Assembly: GCA_018818145.1 (NCBI GenBank)
Contig: JAHIST010000087.1
Location: 1-38,775 of the forward strand
Origin: Patescibacteria group bacterium
GTDB taxonomy: Bacteria; Patescibacteriota; Minisyncoccia; Portnoybacterales; GWB1-42-6
DNA length: 38,775 nucleotides
Direction of reading: 5' to 3'
The translations under genes and the position numbers were made by a program. The notes beneath the pieces are model-generated. The model was not told the origin of the DNA, made no database searches, and was given only the letters and a program-made list of their open reading frames with translations. Positions 7,981 to 15,966 of this stretch are shown piece by piece (the first letter of the stretch is position 1; every line of letters starts with the position of its first letter).

Positions 7981-9159
7981 ATGATTCAGCGCGGAATTGC
8001 CACATTTGGTTTGGATTACGGCACCTGCCCCCGGTGGCTTTTTGAACGCATGGTAAAATTGGGCAGAGAAATGGCGCAGGTGATTGTGGCGGAGGAAGGG
8101 CCGGATGAGTTTATCCGCCGGCTCGGAGACCCGGCGTGGTTTCAGTCTTTGGGCACAGTTTTGGCGTTTGACTGGAATGCTTCGGGCCTGACCACAATTT
8201 TAACCGCCGCGCTCAAAGAAGCTATTCGCGGCCAGGAATACGATCTAGGCATTTTTATTTGCGGCGGCAAAGGTAAAACTTCGCTTAAAACGCCGCAAGA
8301 AATTCAGACCTGGAGCGAGCGGATAAATTTTGCGCCTTCGGCTGCGAACGCCTTAATTTATAATTCCCGCATGGCCGCCAAAGTGGACAGCGCGCTGGTG
8401 CAGGACGGTTTTCAAATTTACCACCACGCATTTTTTTTCACCAAAAAGGGCGCCTGGACAGTAGTACAGCAGGGCATGAACGCGGTTAATCAAACCGCGC
8501 GCCGCTATCACTGGCATTCAAAAAATATTAAAGATTTGGTTTGCGAACCGCACTCGGGCATTGCCTCGCAGGCCAAAGTCAGAAACATTCTGGATTTAAC
8601 TGCGCAAAAAAGCGCGACCAATCGCCAGGCCAGCGCAGAGTTGGTTCTGCAGGGGTTTAGCGCTTTGATGAAAGATTTGGTGTTGTTAAGCAAGCATTAC
8701 ACGCCTTTGTCGCAGACGGCGGAGGTAGCCAAGGAAACATCCTTTGGCCAGCAGCGGTTGAAATTATTGAATCTGGTTAGCGTAGAATTTAAATCACATC
8801 CAACAGTTGGCGAGGATTTTTCCAAAAGCAAATATTTGCAAAAAATTCTTTGGAAGATTTGCGACCAGCAGCCGGCTAATTATGAAAAATTGCTGGCAAT
8901 GGAGGGAGTGGGGCCAAAAACAATGAGGGCGCTGGCGCTGGTGGCAGAAGTTCTTTACGGCGCCCGGCCCTCCTATGAGGATCCGGCGCGCTACAGCTTT
9001 GCCCACGGGGGAAAAGACGGTACGCCCTATCCGGTTGACCGGCCGACCTACGACCAGACTATCGCCGCGATGAAAAAATATGTCAGTCGGGCCAAACTGT
9101 CGCCAGGCGACAAATCGCGGGCTTTGCGGTCTTTGGTTAAAAGCGGCGAGCCTTTTTAA
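7981..9159 (+). CDS. DUF763-like protein with a helix-hairpin-helix motif
   Basis: The N-terminal GLDYGTCPRWLFERMVKLGREMA resembles my memory of the DUF763 family opening. An HhH-like MEGVGPKTMRALALVAE is present. No function is inferred. Confidence 0.45.
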   Translation: MIQRGIATFGLDYGTCPRWLFERMVKLGREMAQVIVAEEGPDEFIRRLGDPAWFQSLGTVLAFDWNASGLTTILTAALKEAIRGQEYDLGIFICGGKGKTSLKTPQEIQTWSERINFAPSAANALIYNSRMAAKVDSALVQDGFQIYHHAFFFTKKGAWTVVQQGMNAVNQTARRYHWHSKNIKDLVCEPHSGIASQAKVRNILDLTAQKSATNRQASAELVLQGFSALMKDLVLLSKHYTPLSQTAEVAKETSFGQQRLKLLNLVSVEFKSHPTVGEDFSKSKYLQKILWKICDQQPANYEKLLAMEGVGPKTMRALALVAEVLYGARPSYEDPARYSFAHGGKDGTPYPVDRPTYDQTIAAMKKYVSRAKLSPGDKSRALRSLVKSGEPF

Positions 9160-9245
9160 AAATCGCTAAATGGTTTTTGCGGCTGTGGATGACAATTTTG
9201 CTCTATTTGTTATAATAATCTTAAATAATCCAGCCTTACAATCTT

Positions 9246-9347
9246 ATGAAAGTAAAAAGTATTATTGGGATAATTATTATTATATTAATTGCCGCGGCGG
9301 TTATAGCTGCTTTTTATTATTTCTTGGGCAAACAATTACCCCGTTAG
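9246..9347 (+). CDS. Possible 33-aa single-TM peptide
   Basis: MKVKSIIGIIIIILIAAAVIAAFYYFLGKQLPR*. It is followed by the terminator at 9381-9411 and is below the ORF-track size cut-off. Confidence 0.3.
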   Translation: MKVKSIIGIIIIILIAAAVIAAFYYFLGKQLPR

Positions 9348-9380
9348 TTATTCATATATAAACCATCTGTTTCTTATTTT

Positions 9381-9411
9381 AAAACCCCCATTTATTCAAC
9401 AGGGGTTTTTA
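9381..9411. terminator. Bidirectional intrinsic terminator (small ORF on plus, rnpB on minus)
   Basis: AAAACCCC ... GGGGTTTT stem with a T-run on both strands. It lies about 20 nt beyond the 3' end of rnpB. Confidence 0.6.
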
Positions 9412-9432
9412 TTGTCCGATTTTTAATCAGAG

Positions 9433-10069
9433 AATCAGCTTTCTAATGGGGCAAGCAAGTCTATAAGCCGAATTCTGTCCTTCGGCTCACTTCGTTTCGC
9501 CTCAGGATAAATTCCTAAAAGGGTTTACCCTGAGCTTGCAAAGCAAGCGAAGGGATAATCATCTGTCTGGGTCCCGCATTGCTGCGGGACTCAAGCGATC
9601 TACTTTTCTTATGAGATTCAAATTTTCAATCTCATAGTTTGATCTTGCACCCGGTAAGGATTTTGCCGTTTCACTCCCAAAGTTATCCTTTGGGACTCGC
9701 CCTATCTCCGTTTTTGCGGAGCGGGCGTCCCGACTTTTTCAAGTTGCGGGGCGTCTCTGTTCGCACCTCTATCCCGCCCGCTTCGCCAAGCTTTAGCGAG
9801 GCGAGTATTTGCGGGACGACGGCCGTTAGCCGCTACCTTTTTACCCCTCACTTGGATCACTGGAGATGAAATAATATATTTATTTTATTCTTGTTCATCT
9901 GCAAGGAACCAAGTGAGGGGGAGTGTTCGGACTTTCCTCCCCCCACTTGCTATTAGTCTAGTTTATATTGTTTTAAGATCAACAATATTTTTTGGAAAAA
10001 TCTTATTACTTGACTGATAGCAAGTGGGGGGCGATTACCCGACTTACTTGCCCTATTAGAAAGCTGATT
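9433..10069 (-). ncRNA. rnpB: RNase P RNA, bacterial type A, unusually long
   Basis: The minus strand carries GGAGGAAAGTCCGAAC (P4 5' strand) and ACAGAATTCGGCTTATAG (P4 3' strand), with covariation relative to E. coli. It also has GCTAACGGCC, GCGAACAGAGACG, AGTGAAACGGC, CCGGGTGCAAGATCAAA, GCTTGAG and CAGACAGATGATTATCC. The terminal 29 nt pair with each other (9433-9461 with 10041-10069). Mature ends may be internal to this extended P1. Confidence 0.9.
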
Positions 10070-10116
10070 TTAAAGGAGCGGGACATTAATATTATTAGCT
10101 TATTTTTGCTGCTTGT

Positions 10117-10233
10117 CAACCCCGTTAGAGATTTTCCAAAGAAGCTGGTATTTTATTAACAATAGCCGTAGGCGGAATCGCGATATAAATTAAAGGATAA
10201 AATAAACATAGCTGAATCTCTAACAGGGTCAAC
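10117..10233. repeat. ~115-nt palindromic element closed by CCCCGTTAGAGATT / AATCTCTAACAGGG
   Basis: The inverted ends (10120-10133 and 10215-10228) have one mismatch. The end motif is the same as at 7870-7971 and around tRNA-Thr. Confidence 0.5.
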
Positions 10234-10281
10234 CCCCTTGATATTAGACAGCCTTTAGAGTTAAAATGAATTTAAATTGGT

Positions 10282-11703
10282 ATGAAAAAGTCGGAATTAA
10301 TTTTTGCCACAATTTCCGTGCCGGTTGATTATCTGATGCTGCTTCTGGCCGGGCTAGCCGCCTATGCTTTGCGAACCAGCGAACTTATCGCGCAATGGCG
10401 GCCGGTGCTTTTTAGCCTGAATTTGCCCTTTGAGCGTTACTTTGAGCTGGTAGCAATCATCGGTATTTTTTGGGTGGTAATTTTTGCACTGGCCGGGCTT
10501 TACGAAATCAGACGGGCCAATCGGCTGTGGGAAGACTTTGTCCGGATTGTCATTGCCACTTCTGCCGGCCTGATAGGCATTATTATTTATATCTTCGTAC
10601 AGCGGGAATTTTTTGATTCGCGTTTTTTGATTTTAGCCGCCTGGATCTTAGCAATATTTTTTGTCAGTTGGGGTAGGTTGGTGTTGCGGGGCATCCAATC
10701 TTATTTAATCAGTCATTACCGGTTAGGCAGTCATAATGTTTTGGTGGTCGGCGGCGATGGGATTTCCGAGGAGATAATTCAGGAGATTAAAAATCATCCC
10801 GCAGCGGGCTATCACCTGGTAAAATATTTTCCGAGTTTGGATTTGGCGGAAATAAAAAATACAGTAAATGCCCGGGCGATAGACGATATTATCTTAGCCA
10901 ATCCCGATTTTTCGCGCCAGCTCGTTTTGGAACTGGTTGATTTTTGCGAAGAAAAACATCTGAATTTTAAATTTGTGCCCAATCTTTTTCAAACCCTGAC
11001 CAGCAATGTTCAATTTGATACGGTCGGCGCGATTCCTTTGATTGAGCTTAGGCGCACGGCGCTTGACGGGTGGGGGAAAATTATTAAAAGAGCAATGGAT
11101 ATTCTGGGCGCAATTTTTGGCCTGATAATTTTCTCGCCGATAATGGCTGTGGTGGCAATTTTAATCCGGCTGGATTCGCCCGGGCCGGTTATTTACAAAA
11201 ACGAACGGGTGGGACAGAAAGGAGTTTTTAATACTTATAAGTTTCGGTCAATGAAAATTGAATATTGTACCGGTTCTGAATACGATCAATCCGGCCAAGC
11301 GAGCCTCCTGGAGGACGAGTTGGCGGCCAAACAGAGCGGCCGCCGGGGGCCGGTATTTAAGATTGTCAACGATCCGCGCCGGACAAAATTAGGCGCTTTT
11401 TTGGAAAAAACCAGCTTGGATGAGCTGCCGCAGTTTTTTAATGTTTTGTTGGGCGATATGAGCCTGGTTGGACCCAGGCCTCATATGCCAAAAGAAGTGG
11501 CTAGATACGAAAAATGGCACAAAAAAGTTTTTAATATCAAACCCGGCATCACGGGCCTGGCGCAAATTTCGGGGCGCTCGGAAATTGATTTTGACGAAGA
11601 AGTAAAATTGGACACTTTTTATATTGAAAATTGGTCGCTGGGTTTAGATTTGAAAATTTTGCTAAAAACGCCTCTGGCGGTTTTGTTCAGGAAAACGCGC
11701 TGA
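10282..11703 (+). CDS. Polyprenyl-phosphate glycosyl-1-phosphate transferase (WbaP/EpsB-type bacterial sugar transferase)
   Basis: Multiple N-terminal TM segments. The C-terminal signature is KFRSM...RRTKLGAFLEKTSLDELPQFFNVLLGDMSLVGPRP. Confidence 0.9.
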   Translation: MKKSELIFATISVPVDYLMLLLAGLAAYALRTSELIAQWRPVLFSLNLPFERYFELVAIIGIFWVVIFALAGLYEIRRANRLWEDFVRIVIATSAGLIGIIIYIFVQREFFDSRFLILAAWILAIFFVSWGRLVLRGIQSYLISHYRLGSHNVLVVGGDGISEEIIQEIKNHPAAGYHLVKYFPSLDLAEIKNTVNARAIDDIILANPDFSRQLVLELVDFCEEKHLNFKFVPNLFQTLTSNVQFDTVGAIPLIELRRTALDGWGKIIKRAMDILGAIFGLIIFSPIMAVVAILIRLDSPGPVIYKNERVGQKGVFNTYKFRSMKIEYCTGSEYDQSGQASLLEDELAAKQSGRRGPVFKIVNDPRRTKLGAFLEKTSLDELPQFFNVLLGDMSLVGPRPHMPKEVARYEKWHKKVFNIKPGITGLAQISGRSEIDFDEEVKLDTFYIENWSLGLDLKILLKTPLAVLFRKTR

Positions 11704-11754
11704 CATATATAATTTTTTGTTCCGCTCCGGAGGAAAGCGGCTGATTGAGAAAAT

Positions 11755-12837
11755 ATGCGAGTGGCTTTGGTACACGATTATCTAAATCAATACGGAGGGG
11801 CGGAGCGCGTGCTTGAGGCATTTTGCGAAATTTGGCCGGAGGCGCCGATTTTTACTTTAATTTATGACGAGCGCCGCACCGGAGGAGCTTTCGCCGGCAG
11901 GAAGATCAAAACATCATTTTTGCAGAAAGTTCCTTTAGTGAAAAAACACCACCGGCCTTTTTTAATGCTGATGCCTCTGGCCATTGAGCAATTTGATTTG
12001 TCAAAATATGATCTGGTAATTTCTGATTCCGCTAGCTTTGCCAAAGGAGTGATAACAAGACCCAAAACACTGCATATCTGCTATTGCCACACCCCGACCC
12101 GCTATGTCTGGGACGACAGCCATAAATATATTGAAGAATTCAATTACCCGGCGCTGGTCAAAAAAATTATTCCGCCGTTTCTGAATTATTTGCGTCTTTG
12201 GGACGAGGCGGCTTCCTCCCGTCCTGATAAATATTTGGCCAATTCTCATTTTGTCGCCTCGCGCATTAGAAAATATTATCAGCAGGAGGCCACGGTTATC
12301 CACCCGCCGGTCAAAACCAGTTTTTTCTATATTGGCCAGCCCCAGGATTATTTTTTGGTTGTGGCCAGATTTTTGCCTTATAAAAAAATTGATTTGGCCA
12401 TCAGGGCATTTAACGAACTTGGCTGGCCCTTAAAAATTATCGGTGACGGGCCGGAAAAAAAGCGGCTTCAGAAAATTGCCGGTTCCAACATAGAATTTGT
12501 CGGGCTGGTTAATGAAGACTTGCTGAAAGATTACTACGCCCGCTGCTGTGCCTTTATATTCGCGCAGGAAGAGGATTTTGGTATCAGCGCGGTCGAGGCC
12601 ATGGGAGCCGGCCGGCCGGTGATTGCCTATCAGAGTGGCGGGGCGCTGGAAATTATAAAGGATGGGGAAACCGGGATTTTTTTTAAAGAGCAAACAGTTG
12701 ATTCTTTGGTCAGCGCGCTGAAAAAATTCCGCGATCAGGAATTTAATCCGGAAGTCATCCGTCAGCACGCTCTTCAATTTGATAAAGAAATTTTTAAAAA
12801 TAAAATAAAAGAATTCGTAAATCAATGCCAAAAATAA
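11755..12837 (+). CDS. Glycosyltransferase family 4
   Basis: EDFGISAVEAMGAGRPVIAYQSGGALEIIKDGETG is the E-x7-E GT4 motif region. Confidence 0.85.
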   Translation: MRVALVHDYLNQYGGAERVLEAFCEIWPEAPIFTLIYDERRTGGAFAGRKIKTSFLQKVPLVKKHHRPFLMLMPLAIEQFDLSKYDLVISDSASFAKGVITRPKTLHICYCHTPTRYVWDDSHKYIEEFNYPALVKKIIPPFLNYLRLWDEAASSRPDKYLANSHFVASRIRKYYQQEATVIHPPVKTSFFYIGQPQDYFLVVARFLPYKKIDLAIRAFNELGWPLKIIGDGPEKKRLQKIAGSNIEFVGLVNEDLLKDYYARCCAFIFAQEEDFGISAVEAMGAGRPVIAYQSGGALEIIKDGETGIFFKEQTVDSLVSALKKFRDQEFNPEVIRQHALQFDKEIFKNKIKEFVNQCQK

Positions 12838-13463
12838 ACGCGTCGCTTGGCGACAAAAAAATAGAATTTAATATTAAAGAATTTTTAGCAAAGCACAAAT
12901 TAATTTGGGTTTTTGCCCTGCTTGTGGCCGCGGCTGCCGGCATTTTCAGCTGGCGGGCAACGCAAAACTACACCGGCTCATTAGCCCTCACCATCAGTCG
13001 TTCCGGCACCCAAAACGCCATTGATTACAAATTTGACAGTTACTATGCGCTTAAGGCAACCGATGAATTTGGCAGCACGGTCGTCGGCTGGTTCAAAACT
13101 CCCGAAATTGCCAGCGTCATTAACGCGCGCCTGGGCATAGATTCCTCGGGCTGGTCGCTTAGCGCCTTAAGCGGTAAATTTAAGGCAGCCAAAATTTCTC
13201 CTAATTTGGTTGAGGTCAGATACGGGGCCACAAGCCAGGATGATGTCAAAAAAATTGCTTCAGCGGTCAGCCAGGTTATCGCGGAAAAAGTTAATTTGCT
13301 TAATTCTTCTTCCGGCCAGGGACTGGCTTTCGTTGTCATTGCCGGCGAGCCCGTGGCGGTTAAAAACACCTATAATTTATTGCTGGGCGTTTTGGCGGGA
13401 TTTTTGGTCGGGCTGGTTTTTGGGTTTTTTATTATGGTAGCGAGAGATTATTTTTATCGCTAA
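12825..13463 (+). CDS. Wzz-like polysaccharide co-polymerase (short form)
   Basis: It has N- and C-terminal TM helices. The opening is IEFNIKEFLAKHKLIWVFALLVAAAAG...YTGSLALTI and the C-terminal is LLLGVLAGFLVGLVFGFFIMVARDYF. It overlaps the upstream GT4 by 13 nt. Confidence 0.55.
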   Translation: MPKINASLGDKKIEFNIKEFLAKHKLIWVFALLVAAAAGIFSWRATQNYTGSLALTISRSGTQNAIDYKFDSYYALKATDEFGSTVVGWFKTPEIASVINARLGIDSSGWSLSALSGKFKAAKISPNLVEVRYGATSQDDVKKIASAVSQVIAEKVNLLNSSSGQGLAFVVIAGEPVAVKNTYNLLLGVLAGFLVGLVFGFFIMVARDYFYR

Positions 13464-13532
13464 TAATTATGAATTTGAGCGCAAGTCTCGCAAATTCATT
13501 CGTGAGATTTGTGGCTAAATTTGTGAGAATTT

Positions 13533-14675
13533 GTGATTGTAGGCGTTGATATCCGAGTTTTAGCTCGCGGCACGCGTACGGGGATAGAAGAATACACCCT
13601 TAATCTTCTGTCCCGTCTTTTGTCTTTGGGCAAAAACATAAAATTCAAGCTTTTTTATAATGCTTTTAATAAAAGTGAACTGGATTACGATTGGTTGAAT
13701 TTGCCCAACGTTGAGCTAAAAGAATTTTCATTTCCCAATCGCTTAATTTTCGACCCGTTGGCTAAATTTTTAAAGCTGCCAAAAATAGACAAGTTGTTGG
13801 GCGGTGCAGATGTATTTTTTGCCCCACATTTTTTATTGAGTCCGGTTTCTGATAGATGCCGAAAAATTATTACTTTTCACGATTTGTCATTTGAATATTT
13901 TCCGGAATTTTTCCCTTGGCGCAAGCGGCTGTGGCACGATTTTTTGAATCCGCGGGCCCGGGCGCGCCAGGCGGATAAAATTATTGCGGTATCTGGCTCA
14001 ACCAAGAATGACTTGACTGGTTGGTACAGCGTGCCGGGAAAAAACGTCAGAGTGATTTATTCTGGCGTAGGGGAAGAGTTTAAAAAATTGGAAATTGGAA
14101 ATTGGAAACTGGAAATTTCTGGCAAATATAATTTGCCAGGCAAGTTTATTTTATATTTCGGCACGATTGAGCCGCGCAAAAATATCAATGGCCTGGTCCG
14201 AGCTTATGAAATTTTAAGGCAGGACTACAAAATTAACGATTTTAAGTTAGTAATTGCGGGCAGTCGTGGGTGGCTGGACGAGCAAATATTCGCCAATGTC
14301 AAAAAATCAATCTACGGGGCGGATATAATTTTTACCGGTTTTGTCAGGCCACAGGATAAAATTTATTTGTATAATTTGAGTTCGCTTTTTGTTTATCCAA
14401 GTTTTTTTGAGGGTTTTGGTTTTCCGCCGCTGGAAGCGATGGCCTGCGGTGCGCCGGTTATTTGTTCCAACACCTCTTCATTTCCGGAAATAGCCGGCGA
14501 GGCGGCCTTAATGGTTGACCCTTATAATTTTGGCGAAATTGCCTGGGCGATGGCCGAAGTTTTAAAAGACTCGCGACTACAAGGGAATTTGGTCAATAAA
14601 GGGTTTGAACAAATTAAAAAATTTTCCTGGGACAAATGCGCGCGAGAAACACTGGATTTCATAACTAACAACTAA
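13533..14675 (+). CDS. Glycosyltransferase family 4 (GTG start)
   Basis: Motifs [19 protein letters not shown] and [32 protein letters not shown]. It contains an in-frame word repeat TTGGAAATTGGAAATTGGAAACTGGAAATTT at 14088-14119 ([12 protein letters not shown]). Confidence 0.85.
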   Translation: MIVGVDIRVLARGTRTGIEEYTLNLLSRLLSLGKNIKFKLFYNAFNKSELDYDWLNLPNVELKEFSFPNRLIFDPLAKFLKLPKIDKLLGGADVFFAPHFLLSPVSDRCRKIITFHDLSFEYFPEFFPWRKRLWHDFLNPRARARQADKIIAVSGSTKNDLTGWYSVPGKNVRVIYSGVGEEFKKLEIGNWKLEISGKYNLPGKFILYFGTIEPRKNINGLVRAYEILRQDYKINDFKLVIAGSRGWLDEQIFANVKKSIYGADIIFTGFVRPQDKIYLYNLSSLFVYPSFFEGFGFPPLEAMACGAPVICSNTSSFPEIAGEAALMVDPYNFGEIAWAMAEVLKDSRLQGNLVNKGFEQIKKFSWDKCARETLDFITNN

Positions 14676-14697
14676 AAACTACTAACTAAAAACTGAT

Positions 14698-15894
14698 ATG
14701 CGAATCGGTATTGACGCCCGCTTCTTTGGCCCGCGGGGCAAGGGGCTTGGGCGTTATACGCAAAAATTAATTGAATCGCTTCAAGAAATTGATAATCAGA
14801 ACGATTATGTGATTTTTTTGCGCCGCGAAAATTTTAATGAATTCCAGCCGCAAAACCCGCGCTTCAAAAAAGTTTTGGCTGACTACCGCTGGTACAGCGT
14901 GGCGGAACAGATTTTTTTACCATTTGTTATTTACAGGCAAAAAATAGATTTAATGCATTTTCCCCATTTTAATGTGCCGGTTTTATATTTTAAGCCGTTT
15001 GTTGTAACTATCCATGATTTGATTTTACGCCATTTTGCCACGCGCCGCGCCTCAACACTGGGATCGGTTAAGTATTGGTTTAAAAATCTGGCCTACCGGG
15101 CGGTTTTTCGGTTGGCTATCAGTCGGGCGAAAAAAATAATCACAGTTTCGCAATATGTCAGAAACGATATTATAAAATGTTTTAAAATAAAACCAGAAAA
15201 AATAGTGATGACTCACGAAGGAGTGCCGCAAAAAAATTCAAAATTCAAAAAGGCCACACCACCCCTTTTCCCTTCGGCAAAAGCCTACCAAAATTCAAAA
15301 GTAATTTTAGAAAAATACGGAATAAATAAACTATACCTGCTTTACGTGGGCAATGCTTATCCTCATAAAAATTTGGAGCGGCTATTGGGGGCTTTTAAAA
15401 TTTTAGTTGAAGATTTTAAAAAAGATATACAGCTTGTGCTGGCAGGCGAGGAGGATTATTTTTATCGCCGCTTGGAATCGTGTAATATTCTCATACTTCG
15501 GAGTATGGGAATATTACACGGAGAGCAATACGGTAGGGTAATTTTCACTGGTTTTGTGCCCGATGAAGAATTAGCTGGATTTTATAAAAACGCCAGCGCC
15601 TATGTTTTTCCCTCGCTTTGTGAAGGGTTTGGCTTACCATCGCTGGAAGCGATGAGTCAGGGCGTGCCGGTGGTTTCGTCCGGCGCCACCTGTCTGCCGG
15701 AAATTTTGGGCGAAGCGGCAGTTTATTTTGACCCTTTGAATCCGCGCGATATGGCGGAGAAAATAAATCAAGTTTTGGCAGATGAAAATCTGCGGCGCGG
15801 TTTGATAAGTAAAGGCTTTGAGCAAATAAAAAAATATTCTTGGCGGAAGATGGGGGAAGAAACATTAAATATATATTCAAATGTAAATATTTGA
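14698..15894 (+). CDS. Glycosyltransferase family 4
   Basis: Motifs MRIGIDARFF, YVGNAYPHKN and LCEGFGLPSLEAMSQGVPVVSSGATCLPEILG. It carries two atypical in-frame inserts (15234-15300 and 15480-15519). Confidence 0.85.
   Translation: MRIGIDARFFGPRGKGLGRYTQKLIESLQEIDNQNDYVIFLRRENFNEFQPQNPRFKKVLADYRWYSVAEQIFLPFVIYRQKIDLMHFPHFNVPVLYFKPFVVTIHDLILRHFATRRASTLGSVKYWFKNLAYRAVFRLAISRAKKIITVSQYVRNDIIKCFKIKPEKIVMTHEGVPQKNSKFKKATPPLFPSAKAYQNSKVILEKYGINKLYLLYVGNAYPHKNLERLLGAFKILVEDFKKDIQLVLAGEEDYFYRRLESCNILILRSMGILHGEQYGRVIFTGFVPDEELAGFYKNASAYVFPSLCEGFGLPSLEAMSQGVPVVSSGATCLPEILGEAAVYFDPLNPRDMAEKINQVLADENLRRGLISKGFEQIKKYSWRKMGEETLNIYSNVNI
15480..15519. repeat. Perfect 18-bp hairpin inside the GT4 coding sequence
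   Basis: GTGTAATATTCTCATACT tcgg AGTATGGGAATATTACAC forms 18 pairs including one G-U. It encodes SCNILILRSMGILH. Confidence 0.7.
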
Positions 15895-15966
15895 ATAGGA
15901 TGGGCGGAGCAATCCGTCTTTTTTCTGTGGATTAAAACAATTTCCAGTCGTGATATAATTTAATTA

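Noticed and set aside
9170-9361. 63-aa plus-strand ORF
   Set aside because: It has an odd composition and no start context. A 33-aa TM peptide in another frame (9246-9347) explains the region better, though that call is also weak.
9639-9869. 76-aa plus-strand ORF from the track
   Set aside because: It lies entirely inside the minus-strand RNase P RNA gene. Its Pro/Ser/Arg-rich translation is typical of reading through structured GC-rich RNA.
14088-14119. CRISPR array among the short tandem repeats (also 33675-33707, 27242-27275, 13500-13532)
   Set aside because: The units are 7-8-nt words repeated back to back without unique spacers. No 20-40-nt repeats with regular spacing occur anywhere in the window.
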